The translations under genes were made by a program, and so were the position numbers. Below, piece by piece: positions 18,738 through 27,825 of a DNA stretch of 64,000 nt. Each line of letters opens with the position of its first letter. The first letter of the stretch is position 1. The stretch comes from an uncultured Candidatus Saccharibacteria bacterium (lineage in GTDB: Bacteria > Patescibacteriota > Andersenbacteria > UBA10190): the NCBI GenBank assembly GCA_964371255.1, contig CAYJKV010000003.1, forward strand, positions 8,458-72,457. The letters are read 5' to 3'. The notes below the pieces were generated by a model. It was not told where the DNA came from, did no database searches, and saw only the letters and a program-made list of their open reading frames with translations.

Positions 18738-20990
18738 ATGTACGCAGAAACAGTCTTCCGTCTTATTATTCTTTCCATAACTATAATTCTCGGCTTTCTT
18801 GCATATCGCAGGAATTCTCGTCATGCAACCAATACACTTCTGGCACTACTAACCGTCCTAATTTTTTTATGGGGTGTTAGTAATGAAATATCACTTTATT
18901 CAACAACTACCACAGGCACATTGTTCTGGATCCGCATGACGATGTTTTTTGCGGTACCAACAGCTGTCCTCTTTTTTGTTTTTATGCATACGTTTCCTCG
19001 TGCCAGCCTCGCGATGTCACGTCAACTAATGGCACTCGTTCTTCTAGTGACTGGCAGTGTTATGTCACTATCGTTATCACCCTGGTTGTTCACCACTATT
19101 GCCGATGGCGTGGGAGCAAACGCGAAACCTGTGCCAGGGTTTGGCATTATAATATTTGCCTTAACAGTCACCGCCGCAAATCTAACTGCTATCTACCTTT
19201 TGATTGTAAAAAACTTTAAACTCTCTGGCGTCTTTAAGCTCCAAGCCCGTTATCTCTTGCTTGGTACAGCCATTACTCTGAGTTTAATCATGGGTCTCGT
19301 TTTCTTCCCAGTTGTCTTGCTCCGCTTCACTGCTTTTGTGCCCTATCAGAGTGAGCTCATGCTACCTTTTGTCGCCCTCACCGCCTACGCCATTGTCCGT
19401 TACCGCCTCATGGACATCCGCGCTGCCATCGCTCGCAGTCTTTCCTTTTCCATTCTGCTCGGCGCCTTCTTCGCCATCTACGGCGCTATTCTCATCTTCG
19501 CTGTACCACGTTTAGCTGACTGGTTAGGTATCCGTGAAGGGTTTATCGCCGCTGTCGGCGCCCTTCTCTCTGTTTTGCTTGCCCGCTATATCCAAGAAGC
19601 CCTGCGCCGTCTCACCGACCGTTTCCTTTTCCAAAACCAAATTGATTACCGCCGCGCTCTCGTTGAAACCAGCAAGGAACTATCTACCACCATCCACATC
19701 GAAGACGTCACCAGGACTGTCCTGGATATTATGGAGAAGGTTATCCGTACTAAGAAAACCATCATTTTTCTTCAGGAAAACAAAGGCCACAATTTTACCC
19801 CTTATGCCAACCGCGGCGCCAGTTCCATCAAAGTCTCTATCCCCAAGGAGCATGTCCTAGTTCGCCATATTCAACACAACATGGGCCTGCTTGTTAAGGA
19901 TGAATTGGCTCATGAGCGCGAGCAGGAACGCGACGAATCCCACGCAGCGGAAATTAAGCAAGTGGAGCAAACTTTTGTCTGGCTCGACATGGCTGTCGTG
20001 TTACCCCTGTACGTTAACAAACAACTGACCGGCCTGATCGTTCTGGGCGACAAAAAATCCGGCACTCCTTACATGCAGGATGACCTAAACTTTCTAGCTG
20101 CCTTATCTCCCCAGGCTGCCACCGCCCTCGAAAATGCCCGTCTCTACCAGGAATCTCTGGCTTTCGGGGAAAAATTGAAATCTGAAGTTAAGCGCGCCAC
20201 TCACGAACTGGAAATTGCCAACGCCCAGTTGCGCGACTTAGACAAGGCCAAGAGTGAATTCTTGAGCATCGCTAGCCACCAGTTGTACACCCCCATGACC
20301 GCCCTCCGGGGCTACCTGTCCATGTTGCGGGAAGGGGACTATGGCGCTACTCCATCCAAACAACAACCCATCATTAAAATTCTGGAAACCAGCTCTACCC
20401 GCCTCATTAATCTAATCAAGAATTTACTCGATGTGTCGCGCATTGAAAGCGGCCGTCTTGAGCTCAATCTTGAGTCGCTGGACTTTAGTCACATGGTTAA
20501 AGAGCTTGTCCAAGATCTCATGCCTAACGCCCTTAACAAAAAAGTTAAGCTGCAATACTACCAGCCTGCAGAACAATTGCCCCATGTCGTGGCCGACCAG
20601 GAACGCGTTCGCCAGGTCATCCTCAACATCGTTGACAATGCCATTAAATACACAGACCAAGGTCGCATTGATGTCCGTGTGCAGCAAACGGACCACACCA
20701 TCACCCTTACGGTCAATGACACGGGCCGCGGCATGACGCCGGACGAAATGACCAAGCTCTTCACCAAATTCACCCGTGTCGGCGGTGCCTCCAAATACCG
20801 CAAAGAGGGGACTGGCCTTGGCCTCTACGTTGCCAAGCAAATCATCCGCGAGCATCATGGCGACATCGAAATAACGAGTCCCGGCCTGAACCACGGCTCT
20901 ACTTTCTATGTTCATCTGCCCATCGAAGGCTCGCCCAATGCCCTCACCGCCGGCAAGAAAGTATCCGTCGAAATTAAAGCGGGGAAATAA
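18738..20990 (+). CDS. membrane sensor histidine kinase (N-terminal multi-TM, GAF, HisKA, HATPase)
   Basis: SIASHQLYTP H-box, NIVDNAIKYT, DTGRG and GTGLGL motifs; GAF-like ALENARLY. Confidence 0.95.
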   Translation: MYAETVFRLIILSITIILGFLAYRRNSRHATNTLLALLTVLIFLWGVSNEISLYSTTTTGTLFWIRMTMFFAVPTAVLFFVFMHTFPRASLAMSRQLMALVLLVTGSVMSLSLSPWLFTTIADGVGANAKPVPGFGIIIFALTVTAANLTAIYLLIVKNFKLSGVFKLQARYLLLGTAITLSLIMGLVFFPVVLLRFTAFVPYQSELMLPFVALTAYAIVRYRLMDIRAAIARSLSFSILLGAFFAIYGAILIFAVPRLADWLGIREGFIAAVGALLSVLLARYIQEALRRLTDRFLFQNQIDYRRALVETSKELSTTIHIEDVTRTVLDIMEKVIRTKKTIIFLQENKGHNFTPYANRGASSIKVSIPKEHVLVRHIQHNMGLLVKDELAHEREQERDESHAAEIKQVEQTFVWLDMAVVLPLYVNKQLTGLIVLGDKKSGTPYMQDDLNFLAALSPQAATALENARLYQESLAFGEKLKSEVKRATHELEIANAQLRDLDKAKSEFLSIASHQLYTPMTALRGYLSMLREGDYGATPSKQQPIIKILETSSTRLINLIKNLLDVSRIESGRLELNLESLDFSHMVKELVQDLMPNALNKKVKLQYYQPAEQLPHVVADQERVRQVILNIVDNAIKYTDQGRIDVRVQQTDHTITLTVNDTGRGMTPDEMTKLFTKFTRVGGASKYRKEGTGLGLYVAKQIIREHHGDIEITSPGLNHGSTFYVHLPIEGSPNALTAGKKVSVEIKAGK

Positions 20991-21093
20991 CCCTTCTTCA
21001 CCTACTCAAAATAAACCAGCCATCAATCGCTCATACAACTAAAAAATACACTAACTCAGTGCACTGATTCTCCGTATACTCTAAACTAAGTTT

Positions 21094-22929
21094 ATGCCTA
21101 AGCTCTCATTCGTTATTGGCGCGCTAACCATGGCCATTATTTTGGTTGTAGGCCTTTTTGTGCTCACGCCCGTGGTATTTTCCGGTCGTATCGCCCCGGG
21201 CATCCAAGCCGGTGTCCATAACCTCACCGGTGTCAGTACAGATGATTTACCATCCATCATCAAACTGCTCGAGGAAGATATCGCCCGCCAAACCGTTACA
21301 TTGACTCTCAAAGACAAGTCGCAGTCTTATCAGTTAGCGCAGCTGGGAGTGAGCTTAGATCAGGCAGCCACACGCCAAGCCATAGAGCAAAGTAGTGTGT
21401 ATTCTGTCATCGTGAATCCATCGACCATACAGCCGGTACCTCTAATTGATGCCAATATTCTGCTCCAGCAGGTTAATACAGATTTTTCTATACTCATTAA
21501 TAATCCGCTAAACGCCACCCTGCAAATTAATGACGCTGACGCACTCCTGCTCATGCCCAGCCATCCGGGCGAGGTTATTGCCACGGACGATTTAGTGTCT
21601 GCCCTGCAGGACGTCGTCACAACTTCTGCCTGGTCCACGACGATCCCGCTCACGGTACGAACCAGCCCCGCCAGTGTTCAAGATGACGAAACACAGGCCG
21701 CCCAAACCTTTGCGCAGCAGCTGTTGACCGATGGACTTGTCCTCACATTTTCTGACAAGACATTCACTATGAAGCCCTTCACTATTAAACGGCTGCTGGA
21801 ATTTGCTCCGCAGGTCGATCCTAACAATTATGACAATCAGGTACTAGGCTTGAAAATTAATTCAGAAGGTTTAGCCGAATACTTAACTACCACAATAATT
21901 CCCGAGATTGACCAACCCGCGCAAAATGCTCGCTTTGTTTTAAGCGATGATGGACGCGTCGAGCAGTTCGGTCTGCCCCAATCAGGCCAACAACTTGACC
22001 TGACGGCTACCGCTGCCAACATCGCTGCTAAGTTAGCCAAGCATGAACGCACCGCTTCTTTAGTCGTTAATGTCGCCGAACCGGCCATTTCCGAACACGC
22101 GGATATTAAACAACTGGGTATCACCGCCAAACTATCCACTGGTGAATCGGATTTTGCCGGCTCACCAGCCAACCGGAAGCACAACATCACAATCGGTGCC
22201 GCGCGCTATCATGGCTTGCTCATCGCACCCGGCGCTGAATTTTCCTTTAATGAATTCCTTGGTCCGGTCAACGCCGCTGCTGGTTTCAAACCGGAACTGG
22301 TTATTAAAGAGAATGTTACTACTCCTGAATTTGGCGGGGGATTGTGTCAGGTTTCAACGACCTTATTCCGCTCCGCCTTATACGCGGGTTTGGAAGTCAC
22401 TCAGCGCCGCAACCATTCGTATGCGGTCAGCTACTATGGCCAACCCGGCCTTGACGCGACCATTTATCCCCCTTATACTGACCTTCGTTTCCTGAATAAT
22501 ACTCCCGGATATATACTTATCCAGTCTCGTATTGAAGGAACCAAACTTGCTTTTGACTTCTGGGGAACAGAAGATGATCGCTCAGTGACGGTCACCGGAC
22601 CGATTACCTATGAGCGTGGATCGGATGGATCAGTCAAAGCCTATGTCAGCCAGCAAGTTGCCTTGGCTGATACGACGATTATCGATCAGACATTTTATAG
22701 TCGATACAAATCTCCCAAGTTATTCCCGCGTGTGTTAGCGGCCAATGGGGAAGCAACCGTGGCACCAGCCCCCGCTCCGGCCAGTGCCAAGATTAGCCCC
22801 TCGCCCGTTATTACCCCTACTCCCACTAATAACCCTACGTCGCCCTCACCCAGTATTAAACCAGTTAGTAAATCACCTAAACCAACCAATGAATCCAGTT
22901 CCGCCGCCACTCCGCCAGCCAACCCCTAA
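21094..22929 (+). CDS. VanW-family protein with putative peptidoglycan-binding domain
   Basis: NRKHNI, FSFNE, GGGLCQVSTT, RRNHSY and DLRFLNNT motifs. Confidence 0.9.
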   Translation: MPKLSFVIGALTMAIILVVGLFVLTPVVFSGRIAPGIQAGVHNLTGVSTDDLPSIIKLLEEDIARQTVTLTLKDKSQSYQLAQLGVSLDQAATRQAIEQSSVYSVIVNPSTIQPVPLIDANILLQQVNTDFSILINNPLNATLQINDADALLLMPSHPGEVIATDDLVSALQDVVTTSAWSTTIPLTVRTSPASVQDDETQAAQTFAQQLLTDGLVLTFSDKTFTMKPFTIKRLLEFAPQVDPNNYDNQVLGLKINSEGLAEYLTTTIIPEIDQPAQNARFVLSDDGRVEQFGLPQSGQQLDLTATAANIAAKLAKHERTASLVVNVAEPAISEHADIKQLGITAKLSTGESDFAGSPANRKHNITIGAARYHGLLIAPGAEFSFNEFLGPVNAAAGFKPELVIKENVTTPEFGGGLCQVSTTLFRSALYAGLEVTQRRNHSYAVSYYGQPGLDATIYPPYTDLRFLNNTPGYILIQSRIEGTKLAFDFWGTEDDRSVTVTGPITYERGSDGSVKAYVSQQVALADTTIIDQTFYSRYKSPKLFPRVLAANGEATVAPAPAPASAKISPSPVITPTPTNNPTSPSPSIKPVSKSPKPTNESSSAATPPANP

Positions 22930-23587
22930 ACCGGCCGCCAAGCCGAGCCGGCCTTTTAGTCGTCCTGCGGCTAAGCATGAACGAAAAGAATATAATCGTC
23001 CGTCCAATCGTCGTCCGATCCGTTGGGAAATATCCGCTGGCGGTGTCGTCGCCCGTCAGGAACAAGATCGCTGGCTAGTTGCATTATTAAAAACCGAACA
23101 CAAACGCGGACCGGTTTGGATTTTACCGAAGGGGCATGTTGAACCAGCCGCGGGGGAAACTGTTTCCGATGCCGCCATACGCGAGGTACAGGAAGAGGCC
23201 GGTATCACCTCTCTTTCCATTAAAGATCAGCTGGGCGTCACCCGTTATTCCTTTCAGGCCGAAGAAGCCTTAGTAAAAAAAACCGTCCATTATTTTCTAA
23301 TGACCACCGACCAAAAACGTCTTACCCCACAAGCTGAAGAAAATCTTATTGATGCGGCCTGGCATCCCATCGACGAGGCTATTGAATGTCTGGAGTACGA
23401 CTCAGATAAAAATATTGTGGCTAAAGCCCGCGAGAAGCTCACCGGCCAGAAAGCCCAATTGATTCGCCGCCCCTCATTCAAACGAACTCATCGCGCCGCG
23501 CCGCAACCTATCGACCCTGCCATCAACAAAACCACGCATCCCCATCAGCCAACCACTGGCCACCGGCCAAAACGGATTCACACCTAA
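22889..23587 (+). CDS. NUDIX hydrolase (Ap4A hydrolase-like) with basic tails
   Basis: SAGGVV and LPKGHVE...AAIREVQEEAG; the start is uncertain. Confidence 0.85.
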   Translation: MNPVPPPLRQPTPKPAAKPSRPFSRPAAKHERKEYNRPSNRRPIRWEISAGGVVARQEQDRWLVALLKTEHKRGPVWILPKGHVEPAAGETVSDAAIREVQEEAGITSLSIKDQLGVTRYSFQAEEALVKKTVHYFLMTTDQKRLTPQAEENLIDAAWHPIDEAIECLEYDSDKNIVAKAREKLTGQKAQLIRRPSFKRTHRAAPQPIDPAINKTTHPHQPTTGHRPKRIHT

Positions 23588-23612
23588 ATTCAACCCGTTA
23601 ACTTTTGTTGCC

Positions 23613-24662
23613 CTAATTGATCCGCTCTAAACTGCGGGCAATTTGTTGTTCCAATAATGTCGTCGGATGTACAGCTCCCGCCTTTAGCTGCTGCCAGAGT
23701 GGCGTTAACGCGGTCAAAGTTGGTATCGTATTTACCTCCAGCAGGCGAATGTCTTCCCCGTCCACACTGACATCAAAACTCACGACCCCGTCGCATCCCA
23801 CATCGTCATAAATATCTCTGGCTACTGCCTGCACTTTTTTCAAGATTGAGTTGCTTTCCAGGGGCGGGGTATTCAGGGTGACTCGTCCGGCGCGACGCTT
23901 GGCCAAATGGTCATAAAAAGATACTTTTTGCGGCACAATCACTGTTGGTGGCAAAGCCTTAACATTGCCTCGACGGTCATTGAATAACGTCACGGACATT
24001 TCCGTACCGGCTGCTCTCTTTTGCACAATCACATCACCGGCTTGTTGCGCCCGGCGCACCGCCGCGCCCAGTTCATCAATGCTGTTTACTTCCTCGACGC
24101 CCACACTGGCCTCCTCATAAACCGGTTTAACGAATAATGGCGGTACATACAAACCTCTAACAAGCTCAACAATTTTGTTGCTGTCCGCGTTTTTTTTGAA
24201 CCGCTGCATTTCGGGACTATCTACTATATTACTGACCCGTTGCGCGCAGATGTATTTATCGCTGGTTTGTTGGCACACCGGGAGAGAGGACCCCATAACC
24301 GGGATAGAAAGCGTCCTTCCCACCCCCTGGAGCGAGCCATCGTCGCCACCCACGCCGCGGACAAATGTCAGCAACAAATCTATCGGCCGGCGCAGCAGCC
24401 GCTCAATTCCTTTGGCTGCCGATATTACCGGCACTGCTTCAAACATCTTGCTCATCATCCGATGGATGGGACCTTGCTGCGGTAAGCTGCCCAACGGGAC
24501 CTGCCAACGGCCGTCTAATGCTACCCGGACAGGCGTAATCTGATACTGGGAGCGGGGGATATACTGGCACGCCCAATAACCCGTTTCCTCACTCAAATCA
24601 TGACTGCCAGCCTGGCCGCCAAAAAATATTGCGATATGCGGTTTCCTGTTTCTCATTTCCAA
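23613..24662 (-). CDS. ddl: D-alanine--D-alanine ligase-like ATP-grasp protein (divergent)
   Basis: FGG...H.LS, DDGSLQG, DKY, PLFVKP, FYDH.AK and LLEVNTIP; several catalytic positions are changed. Confidence 0.75.
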   Translation of the reverse strand: MEMRNRKPHIAIFFGGQAGSHDLSEETGYWACQYIPRSQYQITPVRVALDGRWQVPLGSLPQQGPIHRMMSKMFEAVPVISAAKGIERLLRRPIDLLLTFVRGVGGDDGSLQGVGRTLSIPVMGSSLPVCQQTSDKYICAQRVSNIVDSPEMQRFKKNADSNKIVELVRGLYVPPLFVKPVYEEASVGVEEVNSIDELGAAVRRAQQAGDVIVQKRAAGTEMSVTLFNDRRGNVKALPPTVIVPQKVSFYDHLAKRRAGRVTLNTPPLESNSILKKVQAVARDIYDDVGCDGVVSFDVSVDGEDIRLLEVNTIPTLTALTPLWQQLKAGAVHPTTLLEQQIARSLERIN

Positions 24663-24719
24663 AAAGAAGGAATACGGGTAAATCCAATGCCCTTAGCATA
24701 ACACGACCAAGGGAGGAGA

Positions 24720-24862
24720 AAAATCCAAATGTCCAAATACTAATACTCAATGACCAACTGGTTGCGCAATTATATTACAGGTTTTGTCACTTTGGTATTT
24801 TGGATTTGGTTGGTCCCGAAGGGATCCCTTAGGGATCATTGGGATTTGGTCATTGGGATTTT
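24720..24862. repeat. imperfect heptad-periodic inverted repeat element with an inner CCCGAAGGGATCCCTTAGGGA double hairpin
   Basis: AAATCCAAATGTCCAAAT...TTGGTCATTGGGATTT; similar elements near 45720, 47880 and 62540. Confidence 0.55.
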
Positions 24863-24867
24863 TGCGT

Positions 24868-26442
24868 CTACCTTCTCGTCTTCCCCTGCGCATCTTTCAA
24901 CCATTGAATCGTCCCTCCTAGTTTTTCTATAGTGTTCCGGTCACCTGACTCTATCCGGCCATACCAATAATCCTTATCCGCCTCGTCCGGCTCCTTTTGG
25001 TGCGTAAAGTAGAACAGGTAGGGAAACCAATGGCTCTTTAATTTGTCGCCGCCAATCTCAGCCGTCCATGACGTTCTTGCTGGCTTTTTCCCGGTAACAG
25101 CCGCCCTCTTCATCGCCGCGCGCAAGTCCGCCTCATTATTCACTTCACCGTTGTAAATATAATCCACCCAGAATTTATTCTCACTCACCGTCGGCTCCTT
25201 GTCATACGCTGTCAGGTAATAATCATTCACGTTATTAATCATTGTTCGGATATGCGGTCTCACCTTTATTAAAGTAGATGAAGTATTGGGCGCGGCCGAG
25301 GGCTGCTCTTTGCCGGCACTGCTCGCCACCACCGATTTAAAAGCGCCGATCGAATAACCGTGCGGATAGCGTTTTAAGAATTCCGGATAATTTTTCATTA
25401 CGTATTTTTGTTTATATCCCATCGCGGCGAATACCCCGGGAGAGGCGACTAACCTCAGCTTCCCGCCTTGCACCACGTAGATATTGTTACCCAAGCCGAC
25501 CACCCATCCGTTCGGGTATCTTTCAATATTTGATCCTCTTTCATGACGTGCCAACATGGCCGTATTAGCGGGTGCGCGCATACTCTCGTCCGGATTCCCG
25601 TCTGCTTCGTAAATATAATCAGAGAGATACAAATGCTTTGTTAATTTGCCTCCACTGGCTTCCTTAATCCGCCAAATCTGGCCGCCGTGCCACGCTCCGG
25701 AATAAACCACCATCCCGCCCGGATATTGCGTGGTGGAAGATAACGCCGGCCCTGTCGCAAACTCACTCAAGTGCGCGGCGCTCGTGCCGTATAAATTACC
25801 ATCCGGCATCTTGTAAGCCGCGCGTAAACTCGCTGAGATTTTCCGTTTGCGGAACTTATCGTCAATATAATATTGCGTTCCGTCTGGGTGCTGTAACACT
25901 TTACCGATGTAAATCTCATTCACTGATATTGTTTGGGGGTAACGTGCCAGGTCTTCCTCAGAAACAGTAATAATAATATCATGTTTAAAATAGTGGTTCT
26001 CGTTCAGCCACCGGTCGATCACGGCCGGCAACACCCAACTTTTCTTTCCGCCTCGTAAATAATAAACAGCGCTCTTGGTGGGGGATTTTACCAGTGTTCC
26101 GTCCGGCAAGAAATTTGGATTTATCGCGGAAGGATATAGATTTTTCGCCACTTTAAAATTTTTCGCCGTCGGTACATTGCTCGCGTTCAGACTGGTGATT
26201 CCAGCCACGCTTGTTCCCATAGTTTTTCTATATCCGATTGCCCCCACTAGTTCCCGATAGGTCTTTTTCTCACCGCGAGTGACCCGCGCGGCCCAATAAG
26301 ACCATTCAGCTGTCGTCGGCAGGCGATTGTTTATCTCTCGAAACGCTTGATTAATCTGGTCAATCAACGCCGCCTCCGCGACAAGTGGTAGGCTTAATAA
26401 AAGCAAAAAAGTGGCTATCAATTTTGCCACACGACTTCTCAT
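24868..26442 (-). CDS. secreted surface protein with beta-repeats and three surface modules
   Basis: Signal peptide ending AEA; LPDGTLVK...VYYLRGGKK type repeats; three P...E..YW modules. Confidence 0.8.
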   Translation of the reverse strand: MRSRVAKLIATFLLLLSLPLVAEAALIDQINQAFREINNRLPTTAEWSYWAARVTRGEKKTYRELVGAIGYRKTMGTSVAGITSLNASNVPTAKNFKVAKNLYPSAINPNFLPDGTLVKSPTKSAVYYLRGGKKSWVLPAVIDRWLNENHYFKHDIIITVSEEDLARYPQTISVNEIYIGKVLQHPDGTQYYIDDKFRKRKISASLRAAYKMPDGNLYGTSAAHLSEFATGPALSSTTQYPGGMVVYSGAWHGGQIWRIKEASGGKLTKHLYLSDYIYEADGNPDESMRAPANTAMLARHERGSNIERYPNGWVVGLGNNIYVVQGGKLRLVASPGVFAAMGYKQKYVMKNYPEFLKRYPHGYSIGAFKSVVASSAGKEQPSAAPNTSSTLIKVRPHIRTMINNVNDYYLTAYDKEPTVSENKFWVDYIYNGEVNNEADLRAAMKRAAVTGKKPARTSWTAEIGGDKLKSHWFPYLFYFTHQKEPDEADKDYWYGRIESGDRNTIEKLGGTIQWLKDAQGKTRR

Positions 26443-26582
26443 GCCATTATTATAACACGCCTAATTGTAAAAAGCAAATTTATTTGTTACGTTAGCCAAA
26501 AAAAATGGACGTCAGGGTGACGTCCTAAAAGTACTAAAATTATTTGCGACGCATAGCTTCAGTTAATCGGCGCAAAAACTAC

Positions 26583-27209
26583 TTAGGCAACCGGATGTTC
26601 GAAGCAGCATAATTCACGCAGCTGATCCAATGCAAACAGGGCATGAAGCCTTAGATCTGCTTTTGCTAATTCCTCGGCACCTCCTTGCTGCAAGTCTACC
26701 AACGTAAGCACATCCCGCACCGTGAATTCATGTCTGGTCAGCACGGCAATGGACTCCAGCGTGCTTTCGGCATCAGTGATGAAATCATCGATAACCAGCA
26801 CAGTGCCGCGGGGTCGGTCATTTGATCGTCGAAAATCCCAGGCATCCGACGCTGTATTGACCATCTCCAGTAACCCAACATTACAGCCGACCGTTCGATG
26901 TGCCCGCGCGAGTGCTTCTGCAAATGGACCGCCGGCTTCCGGTAATCCCACGATATAATCATAAGGTCTCACGCATCTTTCAATTGCTATTTCTTGCCAC
27001 AGTTTGTGCCCCGTTGTTGCCACCAAATCAGACGTCACAGGGCCGCGGTTCGGATTGTCCGTGGTCCGCAGATTCAAACCGTCGGGAGATAGCGATTGCA
27101 GGTCACCAAATGCTCCCACTTCAAAATACCGCCGAGCCAACGACTTCAACGATTGTCTCATTACCATTCCCATATCCTTTCTACACCAGTGACGAGCCAT
27201 GTCTAACAC
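26583..27209 (-). CDS. pyrE: orotate phosphoribosyltransferase-like (type I PRT)
   Basis: GLPEAG and VLVIDDFITDAES PRPP-binding motif; divergent. Confidence 0.6.
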   Translation of the reverse strand: MLDMARHWCRKDMGMVMRQSLKSLARRYFEVGAFGDLQSLSPDGLNLRTTDNPNRGPVTSDLVATTGHKLWQEIAIERCVRPYDYIVGLPEAGGPFAEALARAHRTVGCNVGLLEMVNTASDAWDFRRSNDRPRGTVLVIDDFITDAESTLESIAVLTRHEFTVRDVLTLVDLQQGGAEELAKADLRLHALFALDQLRELCCFEHPVA

Positions 27210-27457
27210 AAAAAGACCGCGTACTCATTTCCTAACTTATACCGTCAACCAAGCCTATATTGTGAAGGAACAATCAATTCTACCTAACTATCATACCTGA
27301 TCATACTGTGTATTATTACACCCTAAATCAATCGCTTTCAAAAGGCAAATGTTTTCCTCAGGCCTAAGGAAATCAGACATTTTGAAGCATTGATGCTAAA
27401 CAGCAGACGCCTCAAGACGCTAACTGCCAGACAAAATTATTGTTTACACACTAAGTG

Positions 27458-27530
27458 TGCACTCGGCAGGATTCGAACCTGCGACCCCCAGCTCCGCAAG
27501 CTGATGCTCTATCCACTGAGCTACGAGTGC
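27458..27530 (-). tRNA. tRNA-Arg(GCG)
   Basis: Cloverleaf with GCACTCG/CGAGTGC acceptor, anticodon loop TTGCGGA and TTCGAAT T-loop. Confidence 0.92.
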
Positions 27531-27648
27531 CCAACTACGCTCTGCTTTCCAGCAGAACTTCGTTGGGCGAGAGGTACGTTATTTAACGTACGCTCGTCCC
27601 GCGAAGCCCTGAGAGAATGCGAAGGGCGAAGTGGGAAGCTACGAGTGC
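27531..27648. mobile_element. 106-bp hairpin-rich insertion bounded by a 12-bp duplication of the tRNA-Arg 5' end
   Basis: AGCTACGAGTGC occurs at 27519-27530 and 27637-27648. Confidence 0.55.
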
Positions 27649-27825
27649 AAGATATAAAATTTTACAGTTTTCAAATCACGTTTTTACAAAGATCCGCGAT
27701 TTCCCCGTGAGTTTACAATACCATCAAAACTCTGGCAACTTTCCCCTTGGTACACCTTCAGGGCATGCCAGGAACTTTCCGGCCGGATAAAAACTATTTA
27801 TAATTAAAAGTGTTATACTATTTCT

